A DNA stretch of 50,865 bases from Escherichia phage vB_EcoS_swan01. The position numbers and the translations under genes were made by a program. The stretch lies in sequence record NC_048202.1; one strand, 5' to 3'. This document shows, piece by piece, positions 38,245 through 46,525 of the stretch. How positions within the stretch are numbered: position 1 is the stretch's first letter; every line of letters begins with the position of its first letter. Under the pieces are notes generated by a model. The model was not told where the DNA came from and ran no database searches. It saw only the letters and a list, made by a program, of their open reading frames with translations.

Positions 38245-38508
38245 ATGAAAATTAATGCACCTATTCCAGTTAAGCGCAAAGCACGTTTGCTAAATAACGG
38301 ATGTTACGCCCTGCGGCCCGCATTTAAGGATCGCACATTTCCGGTTATCGTTAACGTGTCTCACGTAAGCCGTAGCGGAAACCTGGTATTCGTTAAAGGT
38401 GAAGATCTGACGGCACTTGGATTCTATGGCGGTGTTCACGGCGAACCGCTCGGATTCTGGCTTGTAAATCCGTTAACTGGAGAGCGTGAAATCGAATTTC
38501 TGGACTAA
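38245..38508 (+). CDS. hypothetical protein
   Basis: 87 aa, AAGGAG RBS. Confidence 0.55.
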   Translation: MKINAPIPVKRKARLLNNGCYALRPAFKDRTFPVIVNVSHVSRSGNLVFVKGEDLTALGFYGGVHGEPLGFWLVNPLTGEREIEFLD

Positions 38509-38552
38509 ATAGCACTTTTTGTTAAAAACGATGCGCTGCTGATTGGTATAGT
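38507..38552 (+). promoter_or_regulatory. motif promoter-like element (AAATAGCACTTTTTGTTAAAA, 22 nt, TATAGT)
   Basis: motif starts inside the TAA stop of 38245..38508; -10-like hexamer inside an inverted repeat. Confidence 0.6.
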
Positions 38553-38583
38553 AAGCGCATCGACAACAAACGAGGATTTAAAG

Positions 38584-38781
38584 ATGGAAAATCAGGTTGA
38601 TGTTAAAGTTGTTAAGCGCGACAAGTCTCACGAAAAAGGTTTGTTTAAGAAAGGTGCTGAAATCACCATTGACCTTGATGATATGGAGGCGTACCACTCA
38701 GGGCTAACTTGGAATGTTCGCAAATGTGAAAACGGCCTGTTCAAGTTAAATGGCTTTGAAACATACATGGAGATCATCTAA
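38584..38781 (+). CDS. small protein (possible member of the small paralog family)
   Basis: 65 aa. Confidence 0.5.
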   Translation: MENQVDVKVVKRDKSHEKGLFKKGAEITIDLDDMEAYHSGLTWNVRKCENGLFKLNGFETYMEII

Positions 38782-38993
38782 TGGCAAAGCAATTAAAACT
38801 TAAATGCGTAGAAACTTATAACTCAACTTGGAGATTTACGCGCGGAAAAGAATACCCGCTAATGGGAAATCTCAAAGAAGATCCTCATGTAATTTCAGAT
38901 AATGGCCTTCACCTTTATTTAATGGAATACAACGATGGCTATATTGGTGCTGGTGTTCCAGGCCATAAATTTAAGATGAAAAATAAGAAATGA
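38781..38993 (+). CDS. small protein, member of a paralogous family
   Basis: LKCVETYNSTWRFTRGKEY...LHLYLMEYNDG resembles 34227..34448 and 33985..34230. Confidence 0.5.
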   Translation: MAKQLKLKCVETYNSTWRFTRGKEYPLMGNLKEDPHVISDNGLHLYLMEYNDGYIGAGVPGHKFKMKNKK

Positions 38994-39101
38994 GGCTATT
39001 TATTTTCAAAAATGCCTGGATGGTAGCGGTTGCAAATGACCATTACGGCGGCGACGGAAAAAGAGCACGACGCCATTCATATTTCAATTGAGGATATTTA
39101 A

Positions 39102-39329
39102 ATGAAAGCAAAAGTTTTAAACATTATGTCAACTATTGACGCTCATCACCGCGTGGCTGTAAAACTTGATAAGTCTTGTGGAATTAGCCAAATCACTATC
39201 ACCGAGGGCAAAGGCGGCTATCTTATCGGTATCCATCCAGGCGGTAAGGTGCGCAAATACAATAAAGATCAGTTAAAAGAATTACTGGAAGAAAACGCTT
39301 TCTATATTCAAAGTTGGCGTGCTCTTTAA
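39102..39329 (+). CDS. hypothetical protein
   Basis: 75 aa, followed by a terminator. Confidence 0.5.
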   Translation: MKAKVLNIMSTIDAHHRVAVKLDKSCGISQITITEGKGGYLIGIHPGGKVRKYNKDQLKELLEENAFYIQSWRAL

Positions 39330-39334
39330 TTAAT

Positions 39335-39358
39335 ATGGCGGCGTTTTGCCGCCTTTTA
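39335..39358 (+). terminator. rho-independent terminator
   Basis: ggcggcg-tttt-gccgcc hairpin plus T-run. Confidence 0.65.
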
Positions 39359-39370
39359 AATGAGGTGGAA

Positions 39371-39487
39371 ATGATAGATAAGGCTATTGATTTCTTTTTT
39401 TATTCGATTATTGGCGCGGTTGGCTTTTTGGTTACTGCTGCTGGCCTGGCTATTATATTGGCTGTTATTAAGGGGATTATGCGATGA
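39371..39487 (+). CDS. small hydrophobic protein (38 aa, below the ORF-track cutoff)
   Basis: ATG with GAGGTGG RBS; predicted single transmembrane helix; stop overlaps the next ATG (ATGA). Confidence 0.45.
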   Translation: MIDKAIDFFFYSIIGAVGFLVTAAGLAIILAVIKGIMR

Positions 39488-39708
39488 GTCAAGACGGATT
39501 TTTTGAGCGCCTTCAAATGGCAGAAGATGCCGGACTAAATAAAGAGGCGGCGCTTGAAGTGGCATATAAAATTAAGAGTCTTGATGAGGCTTTAGGTGAT
39601 ATGGATATGGATCTTGAATCAAGCGCAATATTTGCAGATCCCACTATGATTGTTAATGATTGTGGATGCGATTTCGATCCTGGTTGTCCGCGCTGTTTTC
39701 CGTTTTGA
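39484..39708 (+). CDS. hypothetical protein
   Basis: 74 aa, acidic, C-terminal CGCDFDPGCPRC. Confidence 0.5.
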   Translation: MSQDGFFERLQMAEDAGLNKEAALEVAYKIKSLDEALGDMDMDLESSAIFADPTMIVNDCGCDFDPGCPRCFPF

Positions 39709-39718
39709 GGTAATGACG

Positions 39719-40429
39719 ATGTATAAAGGTTTAATATTCTCCCTATTTGATGGATCTGGTAAAGCAGTTAAAGATTGGGCTGATAATGGCTATAAGTGCA
39801 TTTGCTTTAATGCTGACGGCGGCGATCACGGTGATTACCAGTCAGTGCGCATACAGCATGAGAATATCGAATACGTTAACGTCTGGATTGATGATGCTTT
39901 TTATGTTAAGGCAATCAATAATGAGTGGGGCAATCCTGATTTTATTATGGCGTTCCCTCCTTGCACCGACCTTGCAAATAGCGGATCTCGCCATTGGGCC
40001 AAAAAACGCCTTGAGAATCCATCGTTCCAGGATGAGGCCGCCGACACTTGCAGAATCGCGGCTGATATAGCTGATTATTTCGGTGTTCCTTACATGATCG
40101 AAAATCCGGTTGGCAAGTTGTCAACGTTATGGCGTAAGCCTGATTATACGTTCCATCCGTGCGATTACGCTGGCTATCTGCCGGAAGATGATAAACATCC
40201 CGACTTCCCTGATATTATTCCGGCGCGTGATCGCTATTTTAAGAAAACGTGCCTCTGGACTGGCAACGGCTTTGTTATTCCTCCGCGCGCTTTAATCCTG
40301 CCGAAAGAGGAAGACAAAGATAATCCAGGCTGGGCCAAAACTGGCGGCAAGTCATCGCGCACAAAGATGATCCGCTCCCTCACTCCGCGCGGATTTGCTC
40401 GCGCCGTCTTTGAGTCAAACTCAAAATAG
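39719..40429 (+). CDS. DNA (cytosine-5) methyltransferase-like protein (putative)
   Basis: motif I-like LFDGSG, motif IV-like FPPCTD...SG and motif VI-like ENPVG in the canonical order; start could also be ATG 39713. Confidence 0.45.
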   Translation: MYKGLIFSLFDGSGKAVKDWADNGYKCICFNADGGDHGDYQSVRIQHENIEYVNVWIDDAFYVKAINNEWGNPDFIMAFPPCTDLANSGSRHWAKKRLENPSFQDEAADTCRIAADIADYFGVPYMIENPVGKLSTLWRKPDYTFHPCDYAGYLPEDDKHPDFPDIIPARDRYFKKTCLWTGNGFVIPPRALILPKEEDKDNPGWAKTGGKSSRTKMIRSLTPRGFARAVFESNSK

Positions 40430-40469
40430 CACTTTTTGTTAAAAGCCAGGTGTAAAAACCTGGCATAAT
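40424..40469 (+). promoter_or_regulatory. motif promoter-like element (AAATAGCACTTTTTGTTAAAA, 22 nt, CATAAT)
   Basis: TAG stop of the upstream gene lies at motif positions 4-6; inverted repeat in the spacer; leader CATCGAACAAACAAAGGAG. Confidence 0.6.
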
Positions 40470-40498
40470 CACATCGAACAAACAAAGGAGATCTGATC

Positions 40499-40885
40499 AT
40501 GAATGTTATCTGTAATGAAACCAACGTATTGATGAAAGGCCGTTTTAAAACGGTTTATCAGAAGATTGCAGGAAGTGATGATGTGATCGAGGTGGAAGAG
40601 TTCCAGGTTAAGACGCTTGTTAAGGGTAGCCGCTGGCTTCCAGCAAACCGAGATGATTACCGCGCCATTAACACAAAAACCGTTCTTTGCACGTTTGTAG
40701 ATCATAACATGCCGTGCAAAAAGCACTTTAAGCAGGGCAAGCGATACCAGATCGAGAAAGGGCGACCGCTTGGAAGCGTTGCGGGTTATGTTTTTGATGA
40801 GTGCGGCGACCGCTGGAACCTGTACCGTGAAGAGGTCGGATTCTCTGCTGGCGGCTGTTATCTGTTTGAGGGCAAATATCTGTGA
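40499..40885 (+). CDS. hypothetical protein
   Basis: 128 aa. Confidence 0.5.
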   Translation: MNVICNETNVLMKGRFKTVYQKIAGSDDVIEVEEFQVKTLVKGSRWLPANRDDYRAINTKTVLCTFVDHNMPCKKHFKQGKRYQIEKGRPLGSVAGYVFDECGDRWNLYREEVGFSAGGCYLFEGKYL

Positions 40886-41103
40886 TAAACAGTGAAAACC
40901 GTTACAAAGTAACGCATTCTACCACAAAGACTTTCAAGCCTGGCGATATAGTCAGGCCCATCAAAAAAACTGCGGTAGGTTGGCTGATTGGTTTTTCATA
41001 TCATAAGGCGCTTTACTTTACGTTTAAGGATGGGATTACAGGAGAATGCTACAGCGACCGCCAGCCTGATCGACTTCTGGTTGCAATAGAGCGGATCAAA
41101 TAG
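40882..41103 (+). CDS. small protein (possible member of the small paralog family)
   Basis: 73 aa; TFKPGDIV motif resembles MFKPGEIY of 34227..34448. Confidence 0.5.
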   Translation: MINSENRYKVTHSTTKTFKPGDIVRPIKKTAVGWLIGFSYHKALYFTFKDGITGECYSDRQPDRLLVAIERIK

Positions 41104-41143
41104 CACTTTTTGACAAAACGGGGTAGTATTGGGACGTTAAAAT
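41098..41143 (+). promoter_or_regulatory. motif promoter-like element (AAATAGCACTTTTTGACAAAA, 22 nt, TAAAAT)
   Basis: variant with TTGACA in place of TTGTTA; TAG stop embedded; precedes the 526-aa P-loop protein gene. Confidence 0.55.
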
Positions 41144-41171
41144 TTACGGCCCACAAAGGAGAAGCTAACGA

Positions 41172-42752
41172 ATGTTTTCATTAGAAACGAACAAATTAAC
41201 TCCACAACAAATAATCGCTATGGCTGAAAGCCAGAACCTCTCACCAGTTCGCGTATCAATTCAGGCTAACGGCTATCGCCAGTCGTCCAGCTTTTGGGGC
41301 GACGTAAAGGATGTGAATAGCGGTCACGATCGCTACCCCGTTATTTCTCTTGGTAATGATATTGATGTTGTCGGCAAGTTATCACGCAGCATTGCGCGAT
41401 CCGTTCAATTCCCTGAATCATCGGCTTACATGCACTTTATCGGCTGCATTTCTGCCGCTATGCTTGGACGCTTTACGGTTGACTATCACGGAACCGATCA
41501 GCCGACTGCGCTTTACGTCGTTACAAGCCAGCCGCCGTCAACTGGTAAATCTGCGATCAACAGCATGGCTATTGCTCCGATGATTGCGGAAGTTGAGAAG
41601 ATCAACGAGCAACGCCGCAAGGAAAGAAAGAAAATACAGGCAAAGCTGGCAGGTCTTGCAAAGGAGATGAAAAGCGAAAGATCCGGCGCTGATATGGAAT
41701 CTCTATACCAGGAAAAAGAGGATCTGGAGGAAAAGCTGGAAAAAATGTGTGATATAACTTTTCCTGTTTCAGATACAACTCCAGAAGGCTTGGCGAAAAT
41801 CAACAACAAGCAAGGTAACTTTGCCGTAATATCTGATGAAGCAACAAGTATTAACAGTCTGTTAGGCTTGACCTATGCAAATAGCGAAAGGAAGACTAAC
41901 AGTGAGTTAGTGCTTAAGGCGTGGGATAATGGTCACGTATCAATTGCCCGTGCTAATGCTGACAATAATATGAGTTTTCGCGCGCTTGGATGTATGAGCG
42001 TCATAGCCCAGGATGAAACGATAAGCGGAATCATGGACGCTGGATCGCGAGGCATCGGTGTTAGTGAGCGTTTTTTGTTGGTCCGCGAGGAATCATTCTT
42101 AGGCCGTCGCTCATTCATTGATGAAAATGGTGATTCTACCTATGAGGCGGTGGATTCTGAATTGAAAGCCCAATATTATCAATTGGTGCATAACATCATG
42201 AGCGAATCAAATATATCGCTGAAAATAAGCCGTTCAGCTATGCGAGTGCTCAACATTGCTCGCCAGGATATGGAACCGCATCTTGCAGACGGAGGAAAGT
42301 ATTCTCATACAATGTTACGCGGTGCGCTGGGTAAAATGGATAAACAGGTGATCAGGCTTGCTTCCGTCCTGCATGTTATCCGTAACTGGTTTAATCCTGC
42401 CGGATACCCGCAGAAGTCGAAAGAGATCGACGTGGAAACAATGCAAGAGGCGTTGATCATGTTTCAGGAATTGAGCAAAACATACATTAGCGCCGCCAAT
42501 GCTTCTGGTTATGCTGGTGATGATGCTGAAATGGGTAAATTGATTGAATTGATCACGAGGCACGGCAAGGCTAATAAAGGGATTCTGAATATCCGCGCCC
42601 TGTACGAATCAGCGAGAAAGGTAAAACCTTTCGTTGGTCAGGCTGGCGTAATGAAAAGGATAGAAGGGCACTTACTGCCAATGCTGGAAGAAAGAAATTA
42701 TGTTTGTGTGATTAATGGTGTTATTTTTGTCAATCCAATACTGCTGGGATGA
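41172..42752 (+). CDS. P-loop NTPase, replication-associated (putative)
   Basis: 526 aa; Walker A-like SQPPSTGKSA; no further family assignment possible by eye. Confidence 0.5.
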   Translation: MFSLETNKLTPQQIIAMAESQNLSPVRVSIQANGYRQSSSFWGDVKDVNSGHDRYPVISLGNDIDVVGKLSRSIARSVQFPESSAYMHFIGCISAAMLGRFTVDYHGTDQPTALYVVTSQPPSTGKSAINSMAIAPMIAEVEKINEQRRKERKKIQAKLAGLAKEMKSERSGADMESLYQEKEDLEEKLEKMCDITFPVSDTTPEGLAKINNKQGNFAVISDEATSINSLLGLTYANSERKTNSELVLKAWDNGHVSIARANADNNMSFRALGCMSVIAQDETISGIMDAGSRGIGVSERFLLVREESFLGRRSFIDENGDSTYEAVDSELKAQYYQLVHNIMSESNISLKISRSAMRVLNIARQDMEPHLADGGKYSHTMLRGALGKMDKQVIRLASVLHVIRNWFNPAGYPQKSKEIDVETMQEALIMFQELSKTYISAANASGYAGDDAEMGKLIELITRHGKANKGILNIRALYESARKVKPFVGQAGVMKRIEGHLLPMLEERNYVCVINGVIFVNPILLG

Positions 42753-43144
42753 TTATGTTTTTGCTTGATCTGTATAAATGGTGTGAGTCATACGACTGGT
42801 TTAACAGGCAGCACATAGCCAAATTTATCTATCAGCATAGAGAATGTGAGCGGCTCGCACGGGCCGCCGGACTTACTCCGCGAATGTTCGCCAGCCTTGC
42901 ATCTAAGGAATTTTGCGCAAGAATGATGACGGCTGGCTATATAGATGGGGTATGCGGTAAATACTGGTCCAAAGGATCGTCAAAGCGGCCTTTCGGATTC
43001 GAATTTTATAGCCTGGATGGTATGCGCAACGACTGGATCAGGGATATGGCTAGAATAGTGGAGATGGGCGATGATGAATTGTTCCAGGCAAAAGCTAATA
43101 GACAAGATCTTGAAGCACTGCGCCGTAAATTCAATATCACATGA
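42749..43144 (+). CDS. hypothetical protein
   Basis: 131 aa, ATGA overlap with upstream gene. Confidence 0.5.
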   Translation: MIMFLLDLYKWCESYDWFNRQHIAKFIYQHRECERLARAAGLTPRMFASLASKEFCARMMTAGYIDGVCGKYWSKGSSKRPFGFEFYSLDGMRNDWIRDMARIVEMGDDELFQAKANRQDLEALRRKFNIT

Positions 43145-43265
43145 TGATTTTATTCATGCTTTACTTACGCTACTTTATTCAGATATGCGAGCTTTTAGCA
43201 CCACTGAACATGTTTTATGCAATGATGATGGTGTGTTATTGGTTACAGTAAAGCGTATGGAATAG
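43071..43265 (+). CDS. hypothetical protein (uncertain start, overlaps upstream gene)
   Basis: its TAG stop is embedded in the conserved motif as for other genes, but the ORF overlaps 42749..43144 by 74 nt. Confidence 0.3.
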   Translation: MMNCSRQKLIDKILKHCAVNSISHDDFIHALLTLLYSDMRAFSTTEHVLCNDDGVLLVTVKRME

Positions 43266-43305
43266 CATTTTTTGTTAAAACTCCCGACCTTGTGTCGGGT
43301 ATATT
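43260..43305 (+). promoter_or_regulatory. motif promoter-like element (GAATAGCATTTTTTGTTAAAA, 22 nt, TATATT)
   Basis: hairpin cccgac-cttgtg-tcggg in the spacer; leader CATCGAAACGAACC. Confidence 0.55.
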
Positions 43306-43342
43306 TGTTTCATCGAAACGAACCAACCAAAAAGGAAAAATT

Positions 43343-43567
43343 ATGTACAGCAAGTTTTTAGTAGTTCGCGTATACAATCATGCAAATGGATCTTCTTCTG
43401 AAATCCCGACAGTTTACGATAAGGATTCAGGCTGGAGTGAGCAATCGGCGGTTGAAAATGAGCGCAAGATTGCAGAAATGTACGGCGACACTTGCAGCAT
43501 TGAAGTAAGGCAGTACGACGAATCGAACAAGCCAACAAACGAAACTCATATGTGGCCCGACGCATAA
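43343..43567 (+). CDS. hypothetical protein
   Basis: start at MYSKFLV with AAAAAGGAAA RBS. Confidence 0.5.
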   Translation: MYSKFLVVRVYNHANGSSSEIPTVYDKDSGWSEQSAVENERKIAEMYGDTCSIEVRQYDESNKPTNETHMWPDA

Positions 43568-43570
43568 AAA

Positions 43571-43598
43571 TAAAGGAGGCATTAAGCCTCCTTTTTCT
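43571..43598. terminator. bidirectional rho-independent terminator
   Basis: aggaggc-attaa-gcctcct hairpin plus T-run; overlaps the 3' end of the spanin gene. Confidence 0.6.
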
Positions 43599-43974
43599 TT
43601 TCTCTCCAGTAAAGACAAATCAGCACAATTAACACAACCACGCATATGATTACCGGATCGTACCATCTGCCGTTATTACCCTGCACGACATGAATTTTGT
43701 CTGCCTTGATGGTATTGGCCTGAATGGTTGATGTTGTGAAATCCTTCTTGCTGGACGTGTCCACCTTGTCAACCGCAGATTCCTTTATTGTGGTTTCCTG
43801 TTTTGTGCTGGCGTCCTGCTTTGCTGTAATGCCAACTGTCTGCTTCACGTTCTCCGCTCCAGCCTGTGCTGTGATTTCCGGCTTACTGCCGATTAATCCG
43901 GTCAGTGGCGTAACGCTTGAACATCCAGACAAGATCACCGCCATTGCGATTGGTGTAAGTAAAAAATTCTTCAT
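43582..43974 (-). CDS. unimolecular spanin (lipoprotein with C-terminal transmembrane anchor)
   Basis: N-terminal lipoprotein signal [18 protein letters not shown] and C-terminal TM helix VIICVVVLIVLICLYW, the architecture of T1 gp11-type u-spanins; immediately after the endolysin gene. Confidence 0.6.
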   Translation of the reverse strand: MKNFLLTPIAMAVILSGCSSVTPLTGLIGSKPEITAQAGAENVKQTVGITAKQDASTKQETTIKESAVDKVDTSSKKDFTTSTIQANTIKADKIHVVQGNNGRWYDPVIICVVVLIVLICLYWREKKKEA

Positions 43975-44465
43975 CATTTCAGATCCATTGTGCAATATTT
44001 GTATTCGACCTTGCGCCTGTTAAGTAATCCTTTAGACTTCTCGCGCTTTCCTGTTTTTGGGTTATGGTAATAAGTCCAACGATAAAGCTGATCGCAAGCC
44101 TCGTTTAATTTCCCCTGGTTGATGAGTTTCAGCATTGTTGAATTTCTGAAAGCCCCCACACCTGCATTGTAAGTGAATGAGTACATTGCTGCACGCATAC
44201 TATCAGGAATATCAACCTTAACTTTCTTGTCAACTTCCTTTTTAGCAACCTGGATATGCTTAGCCAACAAAGCATCACACTCTTTTTTAGTGTACGTTTT
44301 CCCCAGGATAACATCTGGTCCGGTGATTCCTGCGCAAACCGTCCATACTCCAGCAATATCTTTGTATGGCTTGTATCTTACCCCTTCGATCTCTTCAAGA
44401 AGTGGAGAAGTCAAGGCAACCGCAACGCCAAAGGCCGCAGCCGCTACCCTGTTCTTTATGCTCAT
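43974..44465 (-). CDS. SAR endolysin (GH24 lysozyme)
   Basis: N-terminal signal-anchor-release segment [17 protein letters not shown] followed by T4-lysozyme-like catalytic region ([22 protein letters not shown]). Confidence 0.8.
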   Translation of the reverse strand: MSIKNRVAAAAFGVAVALTSPLLEEIEGVRYKPYKDIAGVWTVCAGITGPDVILGKTYTKKECDALLAKHIQVAKKEVDKKVKVDIPDSMRAAMYSFTYNAGVGAFRNSTMLKLINQGKLNEACDQLYRWTYYHNPKTGKREKSKGLLNRRKVEYKYCTMDLK

Positions 44466-44680
44466 TACTTGCCCCTGATTTCAATAGCTTTTTGAATATC
44501 ACCTTTTTCGATCGCTTCGTGGAATTTTTTACTATCACGCCAGCGAAGGTAAGCGCCCCATGCACCGAATGCAGCCATTAAAACAAAGCTGGCAATAGCA
44601 ATGGTTAACTGCCCTGTAGCGGCGCTTGCGATAGATGAACCGCCAGATCCAGCGGTAGCTGCGTTAATAAAATCTTTCAT
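44465..44680 (-). CDS. holin (pinholin-like)
   Basis: 71 aa, two hydrophobic helices and charged C-terminus; precedes a SAR endolysin. Confidence 0.6.
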   Translation of the reverse strand: MKDFINAATAGSGGSSIASAATGQLTIAIASFVLMAAFGAWGAYLRWRDSKKFHEAIEKGDIQKAIEIRGK

Positions 44681-44703
44681 TTTTATTCTCCATATTAATT
44701 AAA

Positions 44704-44717
44704 GTCAATATATTGAC
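44704..44717. promoter_or_regulatory. perfect 14-bp palindrome GTCAATATATTGAC upstream of the holin gene (operator-like)
   Basis: exact inverted repeat about 25-40 nt upstream of the holin start. Confidence 0.4.
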
Positions 44718-44825
44718 CGAATGATAAACGTACATGGTAAAAAATTAAACAAAAAAAAGAGGCGACAAACGCCGCCCCTTTGCAAGTTTTTGATTTAATT
44801 TGTCATTGATTTAAATAAAAATTCA

Positions 44826-45941
44826 TCAATTCATCATTTCTGGATAGTGAACAAATCGCCCAACCTCTCCATGCTCTTTGTCGTAAATGATAACCGCCGC
44901 ACGGCGTCGAGATCTCCAGCCACCTCGCGCGGCGTATGCGTCTTTTGCCGCCAGGGTGCTATGCACCTCAACGATGCCAAGCGACGTTTCTGTCACGGTC
45001 TGGTGATGCCAGTGCCCTACGTGCGCATACATCGTTTTTGAGTTTCCGAAGTCCTCCCGCCAATCTGACGCGCACATCATTAGCAAAGTCTCCGGTTTAC
45101 GCACTGTGTGCCCGTGATGGTACGCAAGGAAAGTTTTTCCGTATTGCGTGTGGTGCACAACGCGAGGTGAAACATCAACGTAAACGCGCGGCTCGTTTTC
45201 ATATGCTGCCGCCATTGCTGCGCGCAGCCAAATCATTCCTGATTGGTCATGATTGCCCTCTACGATCTGGACTTCAACATGTTTATGCTTTAACAACATT
45301 TTATTGATTGCGCGTCGCATTGCACGGATGGCAACGTAAACCAATTTTGCATATCGACTATCTTGATCCAGTACGTGACCGCTTGCAGGTGTAACCGCCT
45401 CCAGGCCGTCGCTATGCAGCATATCGCCACCAATCAGGATGACAGCCTTTTCGCTATCCGGTGCGCACATTAAAGCATAGTCGATAAAGTTATTCATAAC
45501 GCGCTCTGCCGTGGCAGTATCCCAATTTTCGCCGCATTCGTGCTTATGGGCCATAGCTCCTAAGTGCATGTCAAAGATCGGATACAAGGAAAGCGTTTCG
45601 TTATAGTCGCGCTCCTGTAATGGAACCGGATCTAATCGCGGCACTTCCTCGCTAAATGCCTCCATTGCTGCGAGCATTAATGCTTCTAATTGCTCTTTAT
45701 CCTTGCTGGTTTTAGTCCACTTTAGGATTATGTTGCCTTCTTTGTCAGTCATTACTGACTCACCATGAACTCCAAAACCAGGCGCTCCAATGGTGGATAC
45801 CTGGCCTTGCTTTGCAAGTCGCGCCGCGCGACGCTCGACGCTTCTCACATTCATTCCGTACTCTTGAGCGATCTGTTTATATGTCTTACCCGCCGCCCGT
45901 TCGATCTTGAATTGCTCATCTGTAATTTTTACATTTTTCAT
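44826..45941 (-). CDS. calcineurin-like metallophosphatase with N-terminal HTH-like domain
   Basis: GDMLHSD and GNHD metallophosphoesterase motifs; N-terminal TYKQIAQEYGMNVRSVERR helix-turn-helix-like segment; start at MKNVKIT with AGGTGG RBS. Confidence 0.6.
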   Translation of the reverse strand: MKNVKITDEQFKIERAAGKTYKQIAQEYGMNVRSVERRAARLAKQGQVSTIGAPGFGVHGESVMTDKEGNIILKWTKTSKDKEQLEALMLAAMEAFSEEVPRLDPVPLQERDYNETLSLYPIFDMHLGAMAHKHECGENWDTATAERVMNNFIDYALMCAPDSEKAVILIGGDMLHSDGLEAVTPASGHVLDQDSRYAKLVYVAIRAMRRAINKMLLKHKHVEVQIVEGNHDQSGMIWLRAAMAAAYENEPRVYVDVSPRVVHHTQYGKTFLAYHHGHTVRKPETLLMMCASDWREDFGNSKTMYAHVGHWHHQTVTETSLGIVEVHSTLAAKDAYAARGGWRSRRRAAVIIYDKEHGEVGRFVHYPEMMN

Positions 45942-46035
45942 TCTGCCACCTATCTCATCACTATATGGTACATAACTGTAACAGCGATGATAACGGGTAA
46001 CGGTAGAACAAACAAGCGCCACATGATAACTATCC

Positions 46036-46278
46036 TCATTTATAATATTTGCGAGGCTCTCGGATTTTAGCCATTGCCTCTTTGAAATCAATTTTTGTTG
46101 GAACTGCTGGAACTCTTACCATTTTTCGCGGCCTTTCCTTGAGGAAAGTCATCTTATCGCCGCTAATTATGCTCACATCTGCAATATCAAAGTATTGCGC
46201 GATCTTCTTTATATCGTCGGCTATTCCGCATTCTTTAGCGTGATTCCATACCGCCTCTCTACCTTGCTCAACCTTCAT
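46036..46278 (-). CDS. hypothetical protein
   Basis: start at MKVEQGREAV inside track ORF 46036..46299. Confidence 0.45.
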   Translation of the reverse strand: MKVEQGREAVWNHAKECGIADDIKKIAQYFDIADVSIISGDKMTFLKERPRKMVRVPAVPTKIDFKEAMAKIREPRKYYK

Positions 46279-46453
46279 GCTTATAATATGCCTCAGCAAA
46301 TTCTAATGGGTAGTGACCATATGCAACGCGAAGTAGAATCATTGCAGCGCCCCAATCAAGCTGCATATTGTTTTTCGTTCCACCTTTTACCGCATCGCGT
46401 GCTGTTTGTTGCGCCTGGTCAAATGCTTTCTTGCTGTATACTACCATTTTCAT
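46268..46453 (-). CDS. hypothetical protein
   Basis: 61 aa; leader CATCGAAACGAACGTGAGGAAATGAAA from the motif promoter. Confidence 0.5.
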   Translation of the reverse strand: MKMVVYSKKAFDQAQQTARDAVKGGTKNNMQLDWGAAMILLRVAYGHYPLEFAEAYYKHEG

Positions 46454-46479
46454 TTCCTCACGTTCGTTTCGATGAAATA

Positions 46480-46525
46480 ATTATGCCCGACAAAATGCCG
46501 GGCGTTTTAACAAAAAGTGCTATTA
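46480..46525 (-). promoter_or_regulatory. motif promoter-like element (AATAGCACTTTTTGTTAAAA, 22 nt, CATAAT)
   Basis: follows the stop of 46523..46780; inverted repeat in the spacer; conserved leader. Confidence 0.6.

Noticed and set aside
43283-43310. Hairpins in the promoter spacers as rho-independent terminators
   Set aside because: Only some are followed by a T-run and all lie upstream of the predicted transcription start; they are treated as part of the promoter architecture, though a dual role is not excluded
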